This document shows, one piece after another, positions 19,360 through 29,233 of a DNA stretch of 64,000 bases (position 1 is the stretch's first letter; each line of letters begins with the position of its first letter). The notes beneath the pieces were generated by a model that searched no databases, had not been told where the DNA came from, and saw only the letters and a list, made by a program, of their open reading frames with translations. The DNA is taken from the NCBI GenBank assembly GCA_947259405.1, contig CAMYLY010000003.1, positions 123,833-187,832 of the forward strand. The letters run 5' to 3'. The stretch is from an uncultured Gemmatimonadales bacterium (GTDB lineage: Bacteria > Gemmatimonadota > Gemmatimonadetes > Gemmatimonadales > GWC2-71-9). A program made the translations under genes and the position numbers.

Positions 19360-20666
19360 CAGGTGACGGTGGAACAGGCGCGACGCAACCGACTGAGCGC
19401 GTCGTCAACCTCCTCTTCAGTCACGAGGAGGGACGGGCCAATCCGGATCACCTGATCGTGGAGTCCGCCAATGCCGATCAGCAGATGCTCTTGCTTGGCG
19501 GCCTCGAGCAGCGCTTTCGCTTTGGCCGACGAAGGGGTTTTCGAGGATCGGTCTTCGACGATCTCGAGTGCTTGCATCAAGCCCATGCCCCGCACTTCGC
19601 CGATCCAGGGAAACTCGTGTGCCAGGGTGTCGAGTCCCTTGCGGAGCTGAGCCCCGCGGACGGCGGCACGCGTTGGCACGTCTTCTCGGACCATCACCTC
19701 GTTGGTCGCGATGGCCGCAGCCATCGACACCGGATTGCCCCCAAACGTCGAGATCGTCTTGGCCTTCCAATGCTCAGCGATGTCACGCCGAGTGGTCGTT
19801 GCCCCCACGGGGAATCCATTGGCGATGCCTTTTGCCATCACCATGATGTCGGGTTCAACGTTCCAATGCTCGATACCGAACCAGCGGGAACCGGTGCGTC
19901 CGAATCCGGCCTGCACCTCGTCGGCGATGAAGAGCCCTCCGTAGCTCCGGATCATATCCGCGGCCATCGCGAAGTACCCCTCCGGCGGTACGATGTAGCC
20001 CCCAACCCCTTGAATCGTTTCCGCGAAGAAGGCGGCTGGCTTGCCGCTCGTGCAGGTCTGAATCGCCTCCTCCAGATCCCGGGCCAATGCGTCCAGGCAT
20101 CCTGAGTCGCACGGTGTTTTGACAGGACAGCGGTAGGGATACGGCGATCGCGCATGCACGATGCCGGGGATGGACGCCGCCAAGGGCCGCCATGCGGCGT
20201 GCGCCGTCATGTTCGTGGCCAACACACTGCGACCCGAATACGCGTGTCGGAGCGCGATGATCTCGGTGCGATCCGTTGCCTGGCAGGCGAGCATGATCGC
20301 GGTCTCGACCGCTTCGGTCCCCGAGTTGGTGAAGAACGTGGTATCGAGACGGCCCGGCGCGATCGCGGCCAGCCGCTGAGCCATCTCCACCTGATGCTCC
20401 GTGAGATACAGCGTCGACGTGTGGCCGAGCACGGCCATCTGTTCGGCGACGCGCTGTGTCACCTCGGGATGACAGTGGCCCACGGAGGTGGTCAGGATCC
20501 CCGCGAAGAAGTCGAGATACTGGTCGCCTTTGGCATCCGTGACCCAAATGCCGCGCCCTTCGGTGAGCACGAGTGGTTCCTTGTACAGAGGAGGCGCACA
20601 CTGGAACAGGTGGCGCTGATAGCCCGCGAGGACGGATTGCGGATCGGTCGTGAGCGTCTTGGTCAT
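19359..20666 (-). CDS. Class-III (omega-type) pyridoxal-phosphate aminotransferase
   Basis: The ORF-track ORF (460 aa) contains FFTNSGTEAVETAI, FIADEVQAGFGRTG and AKGIANGFPVGA (PLP-Lys region). I place the start at the ATG at 20664-20666 (MTKTLTTDPQSV). The GTG at 20741 is the alternative. Confidence 0.85.
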   Translation of the reverse strand: MTKTLTTDPQSVLAGYQRHLFQCAPPLYKEPLVLTEGRGIWVTDAKGDQYLDFFAGILTTSVGHCHPEVTQRVAEQMAVLGHTSTLYLTEHQVEMAQRLAAIAPGRLDTTFFTNSGTEAVETAIMLACQATDRTEIIALRHAYSGRSVLATNMTAHAAWRPLAASIPGIVHARSPYPYRCPVKTPCDSGCLDALARDLEEAIQTCTSGKPAAFFAETIQGVGGYIVPPEGYFAMAADMIRSYGGLFIADEVQAGFGRTGSRWFGIEHWNVEPDIMVMAKGIANGFPVGATTTRRDIAEHWKAKTISTFGGNPVSMAAAIATNEVMVREDVPTRAAVRGAQLRKGLDTLAHEFPWIGEVRGMGLMQALEIVEDRSSKTPSSAKAKALLEAAKQEHLLIGIGGLHDQVIRIGPSLLVTEEEVDDALSRLRRACSTVT

Positions 20667-20842
20667 AGGCGTTTGAGAGGGCGTCCCGGTAGAGGTCTGA
20701 GACGAAGATCCGTCGCGGAAGACCGTTGTCAATCTGGGCACGTAAGTCGTTATTTGACAGCCGATTGGGAATCGCCTACCTTCGCTGCTGGAACAGGTGC
20801 GGGGCGGTCGCGGTTTCCCTTACTGGACGGGAAAGGGACCCG

Positions 20843-21043
20843 ATGCCAGTAGTCGCCTTGATGGTCATCGTAGGGACCTGGTTTGTGTTGAGCGTCGCCG
20901 CTTGGGCGGTTTTCGTGGCCTGCGGCTTCCAGTATGAGACGCGCCATCGGGCGGTTCCCCCAGCCCTTACGCTGCCTGAACGAGACGCCATGCTCGCCAC
21001 TTCACGCGGGCAACGGGCATACGCGGCCGCTCGGCGAAACTGA
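20843..21043 (+). CDS. Hypothetical small membrane protein (66 aa)
   Basis: Internal ATG at 20843, preceded by GGGAAAGGGA. It encodes MPVVALMVIVGTWFVLSVAAWAVFVACGF..., i.e. one or two TM helices. There is no other support. Confidence 0.25.
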   Translation: MPVVALMVIVGTWFVLSVAAWAVFVACGFQYETRHRAVPPALTLPERDAMLATSRGQRAYAAARRN

Positions 21044-21158
21044 TCGCCGCAGGCCTCACCGTTCTGCTCACACCGCACGGGCCCCACGCTACCGCAAACG
21101 CAGGTCGTCCACTATCTTGCGTGCCCCTTCCCACTACCGACACCCCTAGGAACGAATC

Positions 21159-21851
21159 ATGAACACCACGACGCGCGCCCTTGCTGGGGCCATGTTGCTC
21201 GCGGCCTGTGGCGGCGGATCACGCGATGCGGCGCTAGGCACCTTCAATGACAGCGCCAGCTATGCCCTCGGCATGAACATGGCCGCATCGCTTGGGCCAG
21301 CAAAGAGCGATGTCCAACTCGAGGCATTCATCTCCGGATTCGACGACTTCTACAATGAACGCGCGCTGGAGTTCGACGAGACACAGGGACGCCAGTTGCT
21401 GCAGGTGTTCATTCAGCAGGTGCAGCAACGCGAGCAGGCCGACATGGCGGAGCAGGGTGACAAGAACATGGCGGAAGGCGCGGCGTACCTCGAGCAGAAC
21501 GGCGCCCGATCAGGGGTAACGACCACGGCGTCCGGGCTCCAGTTCGAGGTGCTCGAAGAAGGCACCGGTGAACGCCCTGGGGAAAACAGCACCGTCAGCG
21601 TCAACTATCGTGGGACCTTCGTCGACGGGACGGAGTTCGATAGCTCCGACCGGCTGGGACAGCCTGCTCGATTCTCGATCAACGGCGTCATCGCGGGCTG
21701 GACCGAGGGGTTGAAGCTCATGCGGACGGGCGGGCGGTACCGGCTGGTCGTCCCCTCAGATTTGGGCTACGGTGATGCCGGGTACCCACCCGACATCGCG
21801 CCCCACGCGACGCTCATCTTTGAGGTGGAGTTGGTAGAGTTTGAAGGATAG
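21159..21851 (+). CDS. FKBP-type peptidyl-prolyl cis-trans isomerase lipoprotein (FkpA/Mip-like)
   Basis: 230 aa. It has a lipobox (AMLLAACGG) and an N-terminal dimerisation helix region. The C-terminal FKBP domain reads VNYRGTFVDGTEFDSS...FSINGVIAGWTEGL...YRLVVPSDLGYG. Confidence 0.9.
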   Translation: MNTTTRALAGAMLLAACGGGSRDAALGTFNDSASYALGMNMAASLGPAKSDVQLEAFISGFDDFYNERALEFDETQGRQLLQVFIQQVQQREQADMAEQGDKNMAEGAAYLEQNGARSGVTTTASGLQFEVLEEGTGERPGENSTVSVNYRGTFVDGTEFDSSDRLGQPARFSINGVIAGWTEGLKLMRTGGRYRLVVPSDLGYGDAGYPPDIAPHATLIFEVELVEFEG

Positions 21852-21899
21852 AAGGGGTGAAGGATGCAGGACGTAGGGTGCTGATTGCCGATTAGGCCG
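21844..21899. repeat. Degenerate 7-nt periodic tract spanning the stop codon
   Basis: The units are gaaggat agaaggg gtgaagg atgcagg acgtagg gtgctga ttgccga ttaggcc. The periodicity is weak. Confidence 0.4.
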
Positions 21900-21914
21900 C
21901 CGGCCCCGGACTGC

Positions 21915-23162
21915 TCACGAGGTTCCGAGGAGTCCGGGGCCGACTTGCGCAATGGAAGGGGCGCCAGCGAGCTGCATGGCGATCTTGAGTTCGGCACGCA
22001 GAATGTCGAGCACCGCCTCGACTCCGGGTTGTCCGAAGGCACCTAATCCCCAGAGGTAAGGCCGCCCGATCCCGATGGCCGTCGCCCCAAGGGCGAGCGC
22101 TGTGAAGATGTCGTTTCCGCGACGGAATCCGCCATCTACGATCACGGGTAACCGACCTCGCGTGGCGCGCACCACTTCTCCCAGACTCAGGATCGTGGCC
22201 CGGCCGCTCGCTTCCGCCCGCCCGCCATGGTTCGAGACAATGATGCCATCGGCGCCGTACTCGATGCATCGCTCCGCATCCTCGCCGGTGACGATTCCTT
22301 TGATCACGACCGGCATGGTCGTGATGTCCTTGAGTCGCTGAATGAACTCCCAGGTCATCATCGGTGCATAGAGCTCGGTGATGTTGGAGAGATCGAGCCC
22401 GTCGAACATTGGCTTTCGGCCGAACTGGCTTTCGACGGTGTCCAGGTGGCATGTCGTGCAGTCGCGGTCATCCACCGCGGCGTAGCGTGCCTCTGTGTTA
22501 CGATTGCTGGCCGTCGGTAGATCCACCGTGAGTACCAGCACCGGGCATCCTGCGCGCTCCGCGCGTGCCACGAGTGCGCGTGTGATTGCCCAGTCGACCG
22601 TCGGATACAGTTGATACCAAATTGGCTTTGCGCGAGCCTCGGTGACGTCCTCGACCGAACTCGTCGTGACCGTCGAGAGGATCTGCAAGTGGTCCCTGGA
22701 CCGCGCCGCACGTGCCACGGCAATCTCGCCCTCAGGGTGAAACCCCTTCTGACTCCCCGCTGGGCAAAGCAGGATGGGTGTATCCCACTGCTCGCCAAAC
22801 AGCTCGACACTCATGTCGATGTTCGTCACATCGATCATGCGGCGTGGACGCATGTGGAAGTGCGAGAATCCCTCACGGTTGGCGCGTAGTGTGGCGTCGT
22901 CGTCGACTCCCGTCGCCATGTACCCGAAGTGCGCCGTGGGGACCGTCTCTTGCGCCGCCTGTTCGAAGTCGAACACGCTGATAGCGTCGTCCGGTGACCG
23001 TAGGGGCTGTACCAACGTGGCCGCATCCGCGTCGCCGTTACGTTCACACGCCGTAAGGCCGGCGGATGCCAGCAGGGGACTCGACGCCAGAAAACGCATG
23101 AAGTGGCGGCGAGAGAGTTCGAATCGGGTCGGCATAGCGCCTCGGGGCGAGGGGTCGTCCAA
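21915..23162 (-). CDS. FMN-dependent alpha-hydroxy-acid dehydrogenase/oxidase (LldD/glycolate-oxidase family) with Tat-lipoprotein signal
   Basis: 415 aa. The N-terminus is MPTRFELSRRHFMRFLASSPLLASAGLTAC. The barrel motifs are IWYQLY, VLVLTVD, VIKGI, DGIIVSNHGGR and VIVDGGFRRGNDIFTALALGA. The start may be the ATG at 23135. Confidence 0.85.
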   Translation of the reverse strand: MDDPSPRGAMPTRFELSRRHFMRFLASSPLLASAGLTACERNGDADAATLVQPLRSPDDAISVFDFEQAAQETVPTAHFGYMATGVDDDATLRANREGFSHFHMRPRRMIDVTNIDMSVELFGEQWDTPILLCPAGSQKGFHPEGEIAVARAARSRDHLQILSTVTTSSVEDVTEARAKPIWYQLYPTVDWAITRALVARAERAGCPVLVLTVDLPTASNRNTEARYAAVDDRDCTTCHLDTVESQFGRKPMFDGLDLSNITELYAPMMTWEFIQRLKDITTMPVVIKGIVTGEDAERCIEYGADGIIVSNHGGRAEASGRATILSLGEVVRATRGRLPVIVDGGFRRGNDIFTALALGATAIGIGRPYLWGLGAFGQPGVEAVLDILRAELKIAMQLAGAPSIAQVGPGLLGTS

Positions 23163-23186
23163 GGTTGTGGGGCGGGACCTTCCTCG

Positions 23187-24383
23187 TCAAACGCGGTGAA
23201 TGACCTGTGCGGTGTGGAGTCGGTCGATATCGGTGGAGCTATACCCGAGGCGCGCCAGCACATCGGCCGTATGCTCGCCGAGCACGGGCGCGCCGCGATC
23301 GACACCGGTTTGCGTTTCACTGAACTTGATGGGCGTGCCAAGCGTTTTGACGGTGCCGAGTGTTCGGTGCGGTACGGAAGTGACCATCTGGCGTGCCAGC
23401 GTCTGCGGAAACTCCAGCATGGCTTCCAGATCGAGAACAGGGCCAGCCGGAACGTGCGCGGCGTCGAGACGTTCGAGCCATTCCGCGGTCGTCCGTTGCT
23501 TGAAGCGAGCGCTCAGGATGGCGACCAGCTTGCCACGGTGCTTCATGCGTGACGCGTTTTCCCGAAAACGGTCGTCGTCTGCCAGCTCCGGTAACTCCAT
23601 GGCGTGGGGCAGTCGTTCCCAGGTTGCCTGATTCGATGCACCGAGGTTGATCCAGCCATCCGCCGTCTTGAACGCTTCATATGGGGCGCTGAGGGGATGG
23701 GCGGATCCCAATGGCCCTGGTGACGTCCCGGTCGCCAGCGTTATGGCCGCCTGCCAATAGGTGTGGGTGATGCCGGCCTCGAACAGCGAGGTATCGACGT
23801 ATTGTCCCTCGCCCGTGCGGAGTTGGTGGACGTACGCCGAGACGAGCCCGAGCGCGCCGAGGATACCGGCGGTGATATCCGTGATGGGGACGCCGACTTT
23901 CACCGGGGGTCGGTCTGGTCCTTCGCCGGTCACGCTCATGAGGCCGCTATATCCCTGCGCGGTGAGGTCAAAGCCTCCCCGTTGCGCCATGGGACCCGTG
24001 CGGCCGAATCCGGAAACCGCGCACCAGATGAGGCGTGGATTCGTCACGCGCACGGTGTCGTACCCCAAGCCCATCTTTTCCATCGTACCCGCACGGAAGT
24101 TCTCGATCAGGCCGTCCGCTGAGGCGAGGAGCTTGGTGAGGACGGCCCGCCCCTGGGGTTGCCGGAGATCGACCGCGATACCGCGTTTGTTGCGGTTCAT
24201 GATCATGAACGCCGCGGACTCGTCGCCCACCGACGGTGGTAGGAACCGGCGGGATGGGTCGCCGTGCGGTAGCGTTTCCACTTTGATCACGTCGGCCCCG
24301 AGGTCGGCCAGCATGAGGCCGCACACCGGTCCGGCCATGATTCTGCCGAGATCGACGATGCGAAGTCCTTCGAGCGGGCCCAT
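23187..24383 (-). CDS. Family III CoA-transferase (CaiB/BaiF)
   Basis: 398 aa. The N-terminus is GPLEGLRIVDLGRIMAGPVCGLMLADLGADVIKVE, and it also contains GRTGP and VTDITAG-type motifs. Confidence 0.9.
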   Translation of the reverse strand: MGPLEGLRIVDLGRIMAGPVCGLMLADLGADVIKVETLPHGDPSRRFLPPSVGDESAAFMIMNRNKRGIAVDLRQPQGRAVLTKLLASADGLIENFRAGTMEKMGLGYDTVRVTNPRLIWCAVSGFGRTGPMAQRGGFDLTAQGYSGLMSVTGEGPDRPPVKVGVPITDITAGILGALGLVSAYVHQLRTGEGQYVDTSLFEAGITHTYWQAAITLATGTSPGPLGSAHPLSAPYEAFKTADGWINLGASNQATWERLPHAMELPELADDDRFRENASRMKHRGKLVAILSARFKQRTTAEWLERLDAAHVPAGPVLDLEAMLEFPQTLARQMVTSVPHRTLGTVKTLGTPIKFSETQTGVDRGAPVLGEHTADVLARLGYSSTDIDRLHTAQVIHRV

Positions 24384-24386
24384 CCG

Positions 24387-25166
24387 TCAGCGACCGCTGA
24401 AGTCGGGTTTTTCCTTGTTCAGGAACGCCTCGTACCCAATGCGGTAATCCTCGGTGTCGAACGCGGCGTAGCCCTCGGCGATCTCCTCCGGGGTCAATGG
24501 CGTGGGGTCAGCGAGTCGCCGGGCGAACTTCTTGTGCCAGCGATTAACGAGTGGTGCTCCGGCGATGATGCGCTGCGCCACCGCGTACGTCTCGGACTCG
24601 ATGTCGGCATCGCCCACGACGCGGGAGACGACACCCAACTCCCGGGCTCGCTGTGCATCGAACACGTTCCCTTCCAGCAGGATCTCCAGGGCCACGGTCT
24701 TTCCGACGGCGGCGATAAAGAACTCCAGTTCGTCGTAGGCCATGGTGAGGCCGAGGCGGTTGATGGGCACACCGAAGCGACTTGAGTCTGCGGCCACGCG
24801 CACGTCACAGGCACAGGCAATCTCGAGTCCGCCACCCACACAGGCTCCCTGGATCAGCGCGACGGTTGGATGGCGGCAGGCGGCGACCGCCCGGATGCCG
24901 TTCATCTCCGCATCTCCATACGCACGGGCTGCGCTGAGGTCGCCCCGCTCGTCGGCGAAGGCGCTGATGTCTGCACCGGACGCAAAGGCCTCCGTGCCTG
25001 CGCCCCGAATGACAACACATCGCAGGTCGTCATCGGCGTCGAGCGTCCGGAACGTGGCGGCAAGCCCATTCCACCCGGCGAAGTTCAACGCATTGCGTTT
25101 CTCGGGCCGATTCAAGACGACCGTGGCAATCGAGCCGTCGCGTTCGAGCAAGACTTCGTCGGCCAT
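24387..25166 (-). CDS. Enoyl-CoA hydratase/isomerase (crotonase) family protein
   Basis: 259 aa. It contains IATVVLNRPEKRNAL, FASGADI and ALIQGACVGGGLEIACACD. Confidence 0.9.
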   Translation of the reverse strand: MADEVLLERDGSIATVVLNRPEKRNALNFAGWNGLAATFRTLDADDDLRCVVIRGAGTEAFASGADISAFADERGDLSAARAYGDAEMNGIRAVAACRHPTVALIQGACVGGGLEIACACDVRVAADSSRFGVPINRLGLTMAYDELEFFIAAVGKTVALEILLEGNVFDAQRARELGVVSRVVGDADIESETYAVAQRIIAGAPLVNRWHKKFARRLADPTPLTPEEIAEGYAAFDTEDYRIGYEAFLNKEKPDFSGR

Positions 25167-25172
25167 TGTCCC

Positions 25173-26456
25173 TCAGTTATAGAAGAGATTCACCAACGCC
25201 ATTGGGATGATGGGAACGTAGGTGACGAGGAGCAGCATGGCCAGCAAGACTGCAACGAACCACACGTTGACTTTACTCACTTCCCAGATATCGGCCTTGG
25301 CCACCGAACACGCCGTGACGAGCACGCTCGCGACCGGTGGCGTTTGCTGGCCGATGCCAAGGTTGAGCGTCACGACCAACCCGAAGTGGACGGGATCGAT
25401 CCCCACCGCCGTCACCAACGGCATGACGATGGGGACCACCAGGATGATCGCGGCGGCCGAGTGGAGAAAGAGCCCGATCACGAGAAAGAATACGTTGAGC
25501 AGAGCCAGGATGGCGTAGGGATTGTCCGTGAGGTCGAGCGTGGCCTGGGCAATCTGCTGCGGCAGTTGAATCTCGGTGAGGTACTCGCTCAGCACGGCGG
25601 ACGTGGCGACGAGCAGCATGACCACGGCCGTTTGATTGCCCGCTTCGACGAGGGCCTCCTTGAGCCCGCGCCACGTGAGCTCGCGGTACACGACACCCCC
25701 GATGACTACGGCGGCGACCACCGCCAGACCGGCCCCCTCGGTCGCCGTGACCCATCCGCTGAAAATGCCGCCGAGCACGAAGACTGGCAGCAGGAGTGCC
25801 CACGCGGCTTGACGGAACGTCGTCCACACGCGCGCCATTCGAAACACTTCGGCAACCGGATAGTCGTTGCGTAAGGCGAGGAAGTAGGCGACCCCCATCA
25901 TCAGAGCCCCGCCAAGCACGCCGGGAACGATACCCGCCACGAACAGCTCAACGATCGAGCTGCTCGACATCACCCCGTACAGGATCATCGGGATGCTCGG
26001 AGGGATGATGACCGCCAGGGTGGCCGATGACGACGTGACCGCCGCCGCAAAGGGTGTGGGATACCCTTTGCGCTTCATCGCTGGGATGAGGACCGACCCC
26101 AAGGCGGCCACGTCTGCGACAGCGGACCCGGAGATTTCGGCAAAGAACAGCGAGGCGCCGATGGTGACCATCGACAGGCCACCCTTCACGAATCCGATGA
26201 TCGCCGAGGCCAAAGCGATCAATCGCGTTGAGATCCCCGACGTGTTCATGATGGCGCCCGCGAGAATGAACAGGGGAATCGCGATTAGAGGGAACTTGGT
26301 CGCGCCGGTGAACAACACCAACGCCATGTTGGGCAGGATATCGACACCGCTCGTGGCGACCATCGCCACCACCGCGACCACGCCAAGCGCGACGGCAATC
26401 GGCACGTTGATGACCACGAGTGCCACCAGTCCGATGAAGAGAACGAGCAGGATCAC
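25173..26456 (-). CDS. dctM: TRAP transporter large permease
   Basis: 427 aa, polytopic. It has a 4-nt overlap with the dctQ stop. Confidence 0.9.
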   Translation of the reverse strand: MILLVLFIGLVALVVINVPIAVALGVVAVVAMVATSGVDILPNMALVLFTGATKFPLIAIPLFILAGAIMNTSGISTRLIALASAIIGFVKGGLSMVTIGASLFFAEISGSAVADVAALGSVLIPAMKRKGYPTPFAAAVTSSSATLAVIIPPSIPMILYGVMSSSSIVELFVAGIVPGVLGGALMMGVAYFLALRNDYPVAEVFRMARVWTTFRQAAWALLLPVFVLGGIFSGWVTATEGAGLAVVAAVVIGGVVYRELTWRGLKEALVEAGNQTAVVMLLVATSAVLSEYLTEIQLPQQIAQATLDLTDNPYAILALLNVFFLVIGLFLHSAAAIILVVPIVMPLVTAVGIDPVHFGLVVTLNLGIGQQTPPVASVLVTACSVAKADIWEVSKVNVWFVAVLLAMLLLVTYVPIIPMALVNLFYN

Positions 26457-26920
26457 GACTCGGCCTCAGGCGGTGTGCGCAGGCTCAGGAGCTCCGCAAT
26501 GATGAACAGCACAGCTCCGATGGGAATGACCGACTGCGTGACTTGCAGCGGCATCCAGGGGAGGCTCACCAACGTGGTGCCGCCCAGCACGAGCACGACA
26601 CGCCAGCCTGCCCATGCAGCCAGCGCGAAGAATGCGATGACGATCACCTCGGCCACGATAGCGGTGGCCCGGCGAGCGCCCGGCGACAGGTGTTGCACAA
26701 CCGTGCCGAACCCAATGTGTCCGCGTCGCAACGCCGCGTACGCCGCACCGTAATACGTGAGCCAGGCGAGTAACACAGAGGCGATCTCGTCGTACCAAAC
26801 CAATGCCGCACCGCCCTTGCGGAACGCGACACCAACGATGACGAGAATCGTGAGCGATGCCATCAGCGCAACCACCACGATCTCCAGGAATCGCTCGAAG
26901 TACCGCCTAGCCTGTTCCAC
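26453..26920 (-). CDS. dctQ: TRAP transporter small permease
   Basis: 155 aa with 4 TM helices. It lies between the dctP and dctM homologues. Confidence 0.8.
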   Translation of the reverse strand: MEQARRYFERFLEIVVVALMASLTILVIVGVAFRKGGAALVWYDEIASVLLAWLTYYGAAYAALRRGHIGFGTVVQHLSPGARRATAIVAEVIVIAFFALAAWAGWRVVLVLGGTTLVSLPWMPLQVTQSVIPIGAVLFIIAELLSLRTPPEAES

Positions 26921-26928
26921 GGTGCGGT

Positions 26929-27936
26929 TCAGGGAGTCCGAAGCGCGAGGGCACGGTCGATGAGGTCCCGCCCCCCCGTGACCTCCGCGGCGAACTCGTC
27001 ATAGACAGCCCGGCTCGCGCGCACGAACGCCGCGCGGTCCGGAAGGTTGATGGCGACGCCGGCATCACGCACACGCGCGAGGAGGGCGACGTCCATGCTG
27101 TCGGCAACCTGATAGACGTAGGGTTGGAGGTCCCGGGCAATGGCTTCGAGTTCCGTGCGCACGTCGTCGGGCAACCGAATCCACGCGCTGAGGCCAACTG
27201 TCACGTACCCTGGGGTGTAGACGTGCTCAGTGAGCGACAGATACGTCTGCACCTCGTGGAAGTTCGAGCTGTAGATTTGCGCGAACGGGTTCTCCTGCCC
27301 GTCCATCACGCCCGTCTGCAAGGCGATGAAGACTTCTGATAAGGGCATCGGGGTCGGGTTGGCACCGTAGGACTGGAACATCCGGATCCGCCATCGCCCC
27401 CGTGGAGTACGCAGCTTGATGCCTTGGAGGTCGCTGGGGGTCACAATGGGTCGCCGGTTATTGGTGACATGCCGAAAGCCGTTCTCCCACACGGCGATGA
27501 CCTTGTATCCCTGCGTTTCCGCCAACGGAGCGAGGGTGGGCCAAATGATGGAATCGGCAATTCGCTGCATGTGCTGCCGATCGTCGATCAGGTAGGGCAT
27601 CTCGAACAGCCCGAACTCATCGATCATAGACGACATGATAGTCGAAGGCAGCGACAGATCGAGGGTACCGAGTCGAAGTTTCTGGAGCATGGCGTCATCG
27701 CCACCCAATTGACTCGAACCAAAGACGGTGACGTGCACGCGGCCGGTCAGCTGGGTGTTCACGCGGCGTGCGAACTCTTCAGCGGATTCGGCGAAGAGCG
27801 ATCCGGGTGCCCCCACGTGACCGAACTTGAGCTCGATGAGCTCCCCTTCGGCTCCGCGCTCGGCCGGTGTGCACGCAAGGGCACCAGCCGCCACCAGCAG
27901 GAGGACGGTGGCCCATAGTCGTGCCTGTGGTCCCAT
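26929..27936 (-). CDS. dctP: TRAP transporter substrate-binding protein
   Basis: 335 aa. It has a signal peptide/lipobox (LLLVAAGALAC) and DctP-like motifs: LKFGHVGAPGS, SNFHEVQTYLSLTEHVY. Confidence 0.9.
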   Translation of the reverse strand: MGPQARLWATVLLLVAAGALACTPAERGAEGELIELKFGHVGAPGSLFAESAEEFARRVNTQLTGRVHVTVFGSSQLGGDDAMLQKLRLGTLDLSLPSTIMSSMIDEFGLFEMPYLIDDRQHMQRIADSIIWPTLAPLAETQGYKVIAVWENGFRHVTNNRRPIVTPSDLQGIKLRTPRGRWRIRMFQSYGANPTPMPLSEVFIALQTGVMDGQENPFAQIYSSNFHEVQTYLSLTEHVYTPGYVTVGLSAWIRLPDDVRTELEAIARDLQPYVYQVADSMDVALLARVRDAGVAINLPDRAAFVRASRAVYDEFAAEVTGGRDLIDRALALRTP

Positions 27937-27939
27937 CGT

Positions 27940-29103
27940 CTAATGATCTCCCAGATAATCCAACGCCGCCTGCACGCCACCCGGTTGATATGGCACTCCC
28001 GCAGCCCGGAGCCCCAGCTCGACTCCGCTCAGGGTTGCGCCAAGCATGAGTTCGTTGAAGTCGCCGAGATGGCCGAGCCGGACCACCTTGCCTTGCAGTG
28101 GGCCGAGCCCACCCCCAAGCGACAGGTTGAATTGCTCCCGTACAATTCGACGGAACGCGTTGGCGTCATGGTCGTCGGGAAACAAGACCGCGGTGAGCGT
28201 ATCACTGCGGGCGCTCACATCGGTGCAATAGAATTCGAGGTCCCATGCTGACACCGCCCGTCGTGTCGCCTCCGCCAACCGACCGTGGCGCGCCCAGGCG
28301 GTTTCGAGTCCCTCCTCCTCCAACATGATCAGCGCCTCCTGCAGCCCGTACAACAGATTGGTGGCCGGCGTGTAGGGAAAGAAGCCGTCGGCATTGAACT
28401 CGAGCATGTCTTCCCAGCGCCAGTAGGACCGAGGCAGGATGGCGGATTCGGCGGCTGCCAGCGCCGTGGAGCTGACCGCCGTGAAACTGAGACCCGGGGG
28501 CAGCATCAGGCCCTTCTGCGAACCGACCACGGTGACGTCCACATTCCACGCATCGTGTGCGAACTCCATGCACCCCAGCGAGGAGACGGCGTCCACGAAC
28601 AACAAGGCTGGATGCCCGGAATCATCCAGCGCGGAGCGCACGGCGGTCACGTCATTGGCCACGCCGGTAGAGGTCTCGTTGTGCACCAGTGCCACCGCCT
28701 TGATCGCATGCTGTCCGTCGTTGTGTAGCACTTCGCGCAGCTGGGTGACGTCGATCGGCTTGCGCCAGTCCGCCGGAAGAAGTTCGATTTCCAATCCGAA
28801 CCGTTCGCCAACGCGTCGCCAGTTCGCCGAGAAGAACCCGTGGTCGAACATGACGACGCGGTCACCAGGCGACAGCGTATTCACGAACGCTGCCTCCCAT
28901 GCCCCACTGGCCGACCCGGGAAACATGATGACGTCGTGCTCTGTCTTGAACACGCGTCGCAGTCCGGCCTGGAGTGAGCGAGTGAGTTTGGCGAATTCCG
29001 GACCCCGATGGTCGATCGTGGGGCGATCGATCGCGCGTAGGATGCGGTCGGGGACGTTGCTGGGCCCGGGAAGTTGTAGGAGGTGCCGTCCGCGCAGAGT
29101 CAC
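27940..29103 (-). CDS. Class-V aminotransferase (serine/alanine-glyoxylate or serine-pyruvate aminotransferase family)
   Basis: I place the start at the GTG at 29101-29103, downstream of GGAGGA (MTLRGRHLLQLPGPSNVPDRILRA). The PLP-Lys region is VTVVGSQKGLMLPPG. Confidence 0.85.
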   Translation of the reverse strand: MTLRGRHLLQLPGPSNVPDRILRAIDRPTIDHRGPEFAKLTRSLQAGLRRVFKTEHDVIMFPGSASGAWEAAFVNTLSPGDRVVMFDHGFFSANWRRVGERFGLEIELLPADWRKPIDVTQLREVLHNDGQHAIKAVALVHNETSTGVANDVTAVRSALDDSGHPALLFVDAVSSLGCMEFAHDAWNVDVTVVGSQKGLMLPPGLSFTAVSSTALAAAESAILPRSYWRWEDMLEFNADGFFPYTPATNLLYGLQEALIMLEEEGLETAWARHGRLAEATRRAVSAWDLEFYCTDVSARSDTLTAVLFPDDHDANAFRRIVREQFNLSLGGGLGPLQGKVVRLGHLGDFNELMLGATLSGVELGLRAAGVPYQPGGVQAALDYLGDH

Positions 29104-29233
29104 ACCATGATCCTTTCCTCCCAAGATGTCGCCGTTACCTTCAAATCCGAGCGTCCGTGTCCACGCCGACGCCCAATAGGAACCGACACTCGGTGCATGT
29201 CAATTTGAGCCTACCGCCCTCGTTGGGAAGAAC

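Noticed and set aside
24870-25874. 334-aa plus-strand ORF
   Set aside because: It is antisense to the enoyl-CoA hydratase and TRAP large-permease genes. It is His/Arg/Asp-rich with no domain signature.
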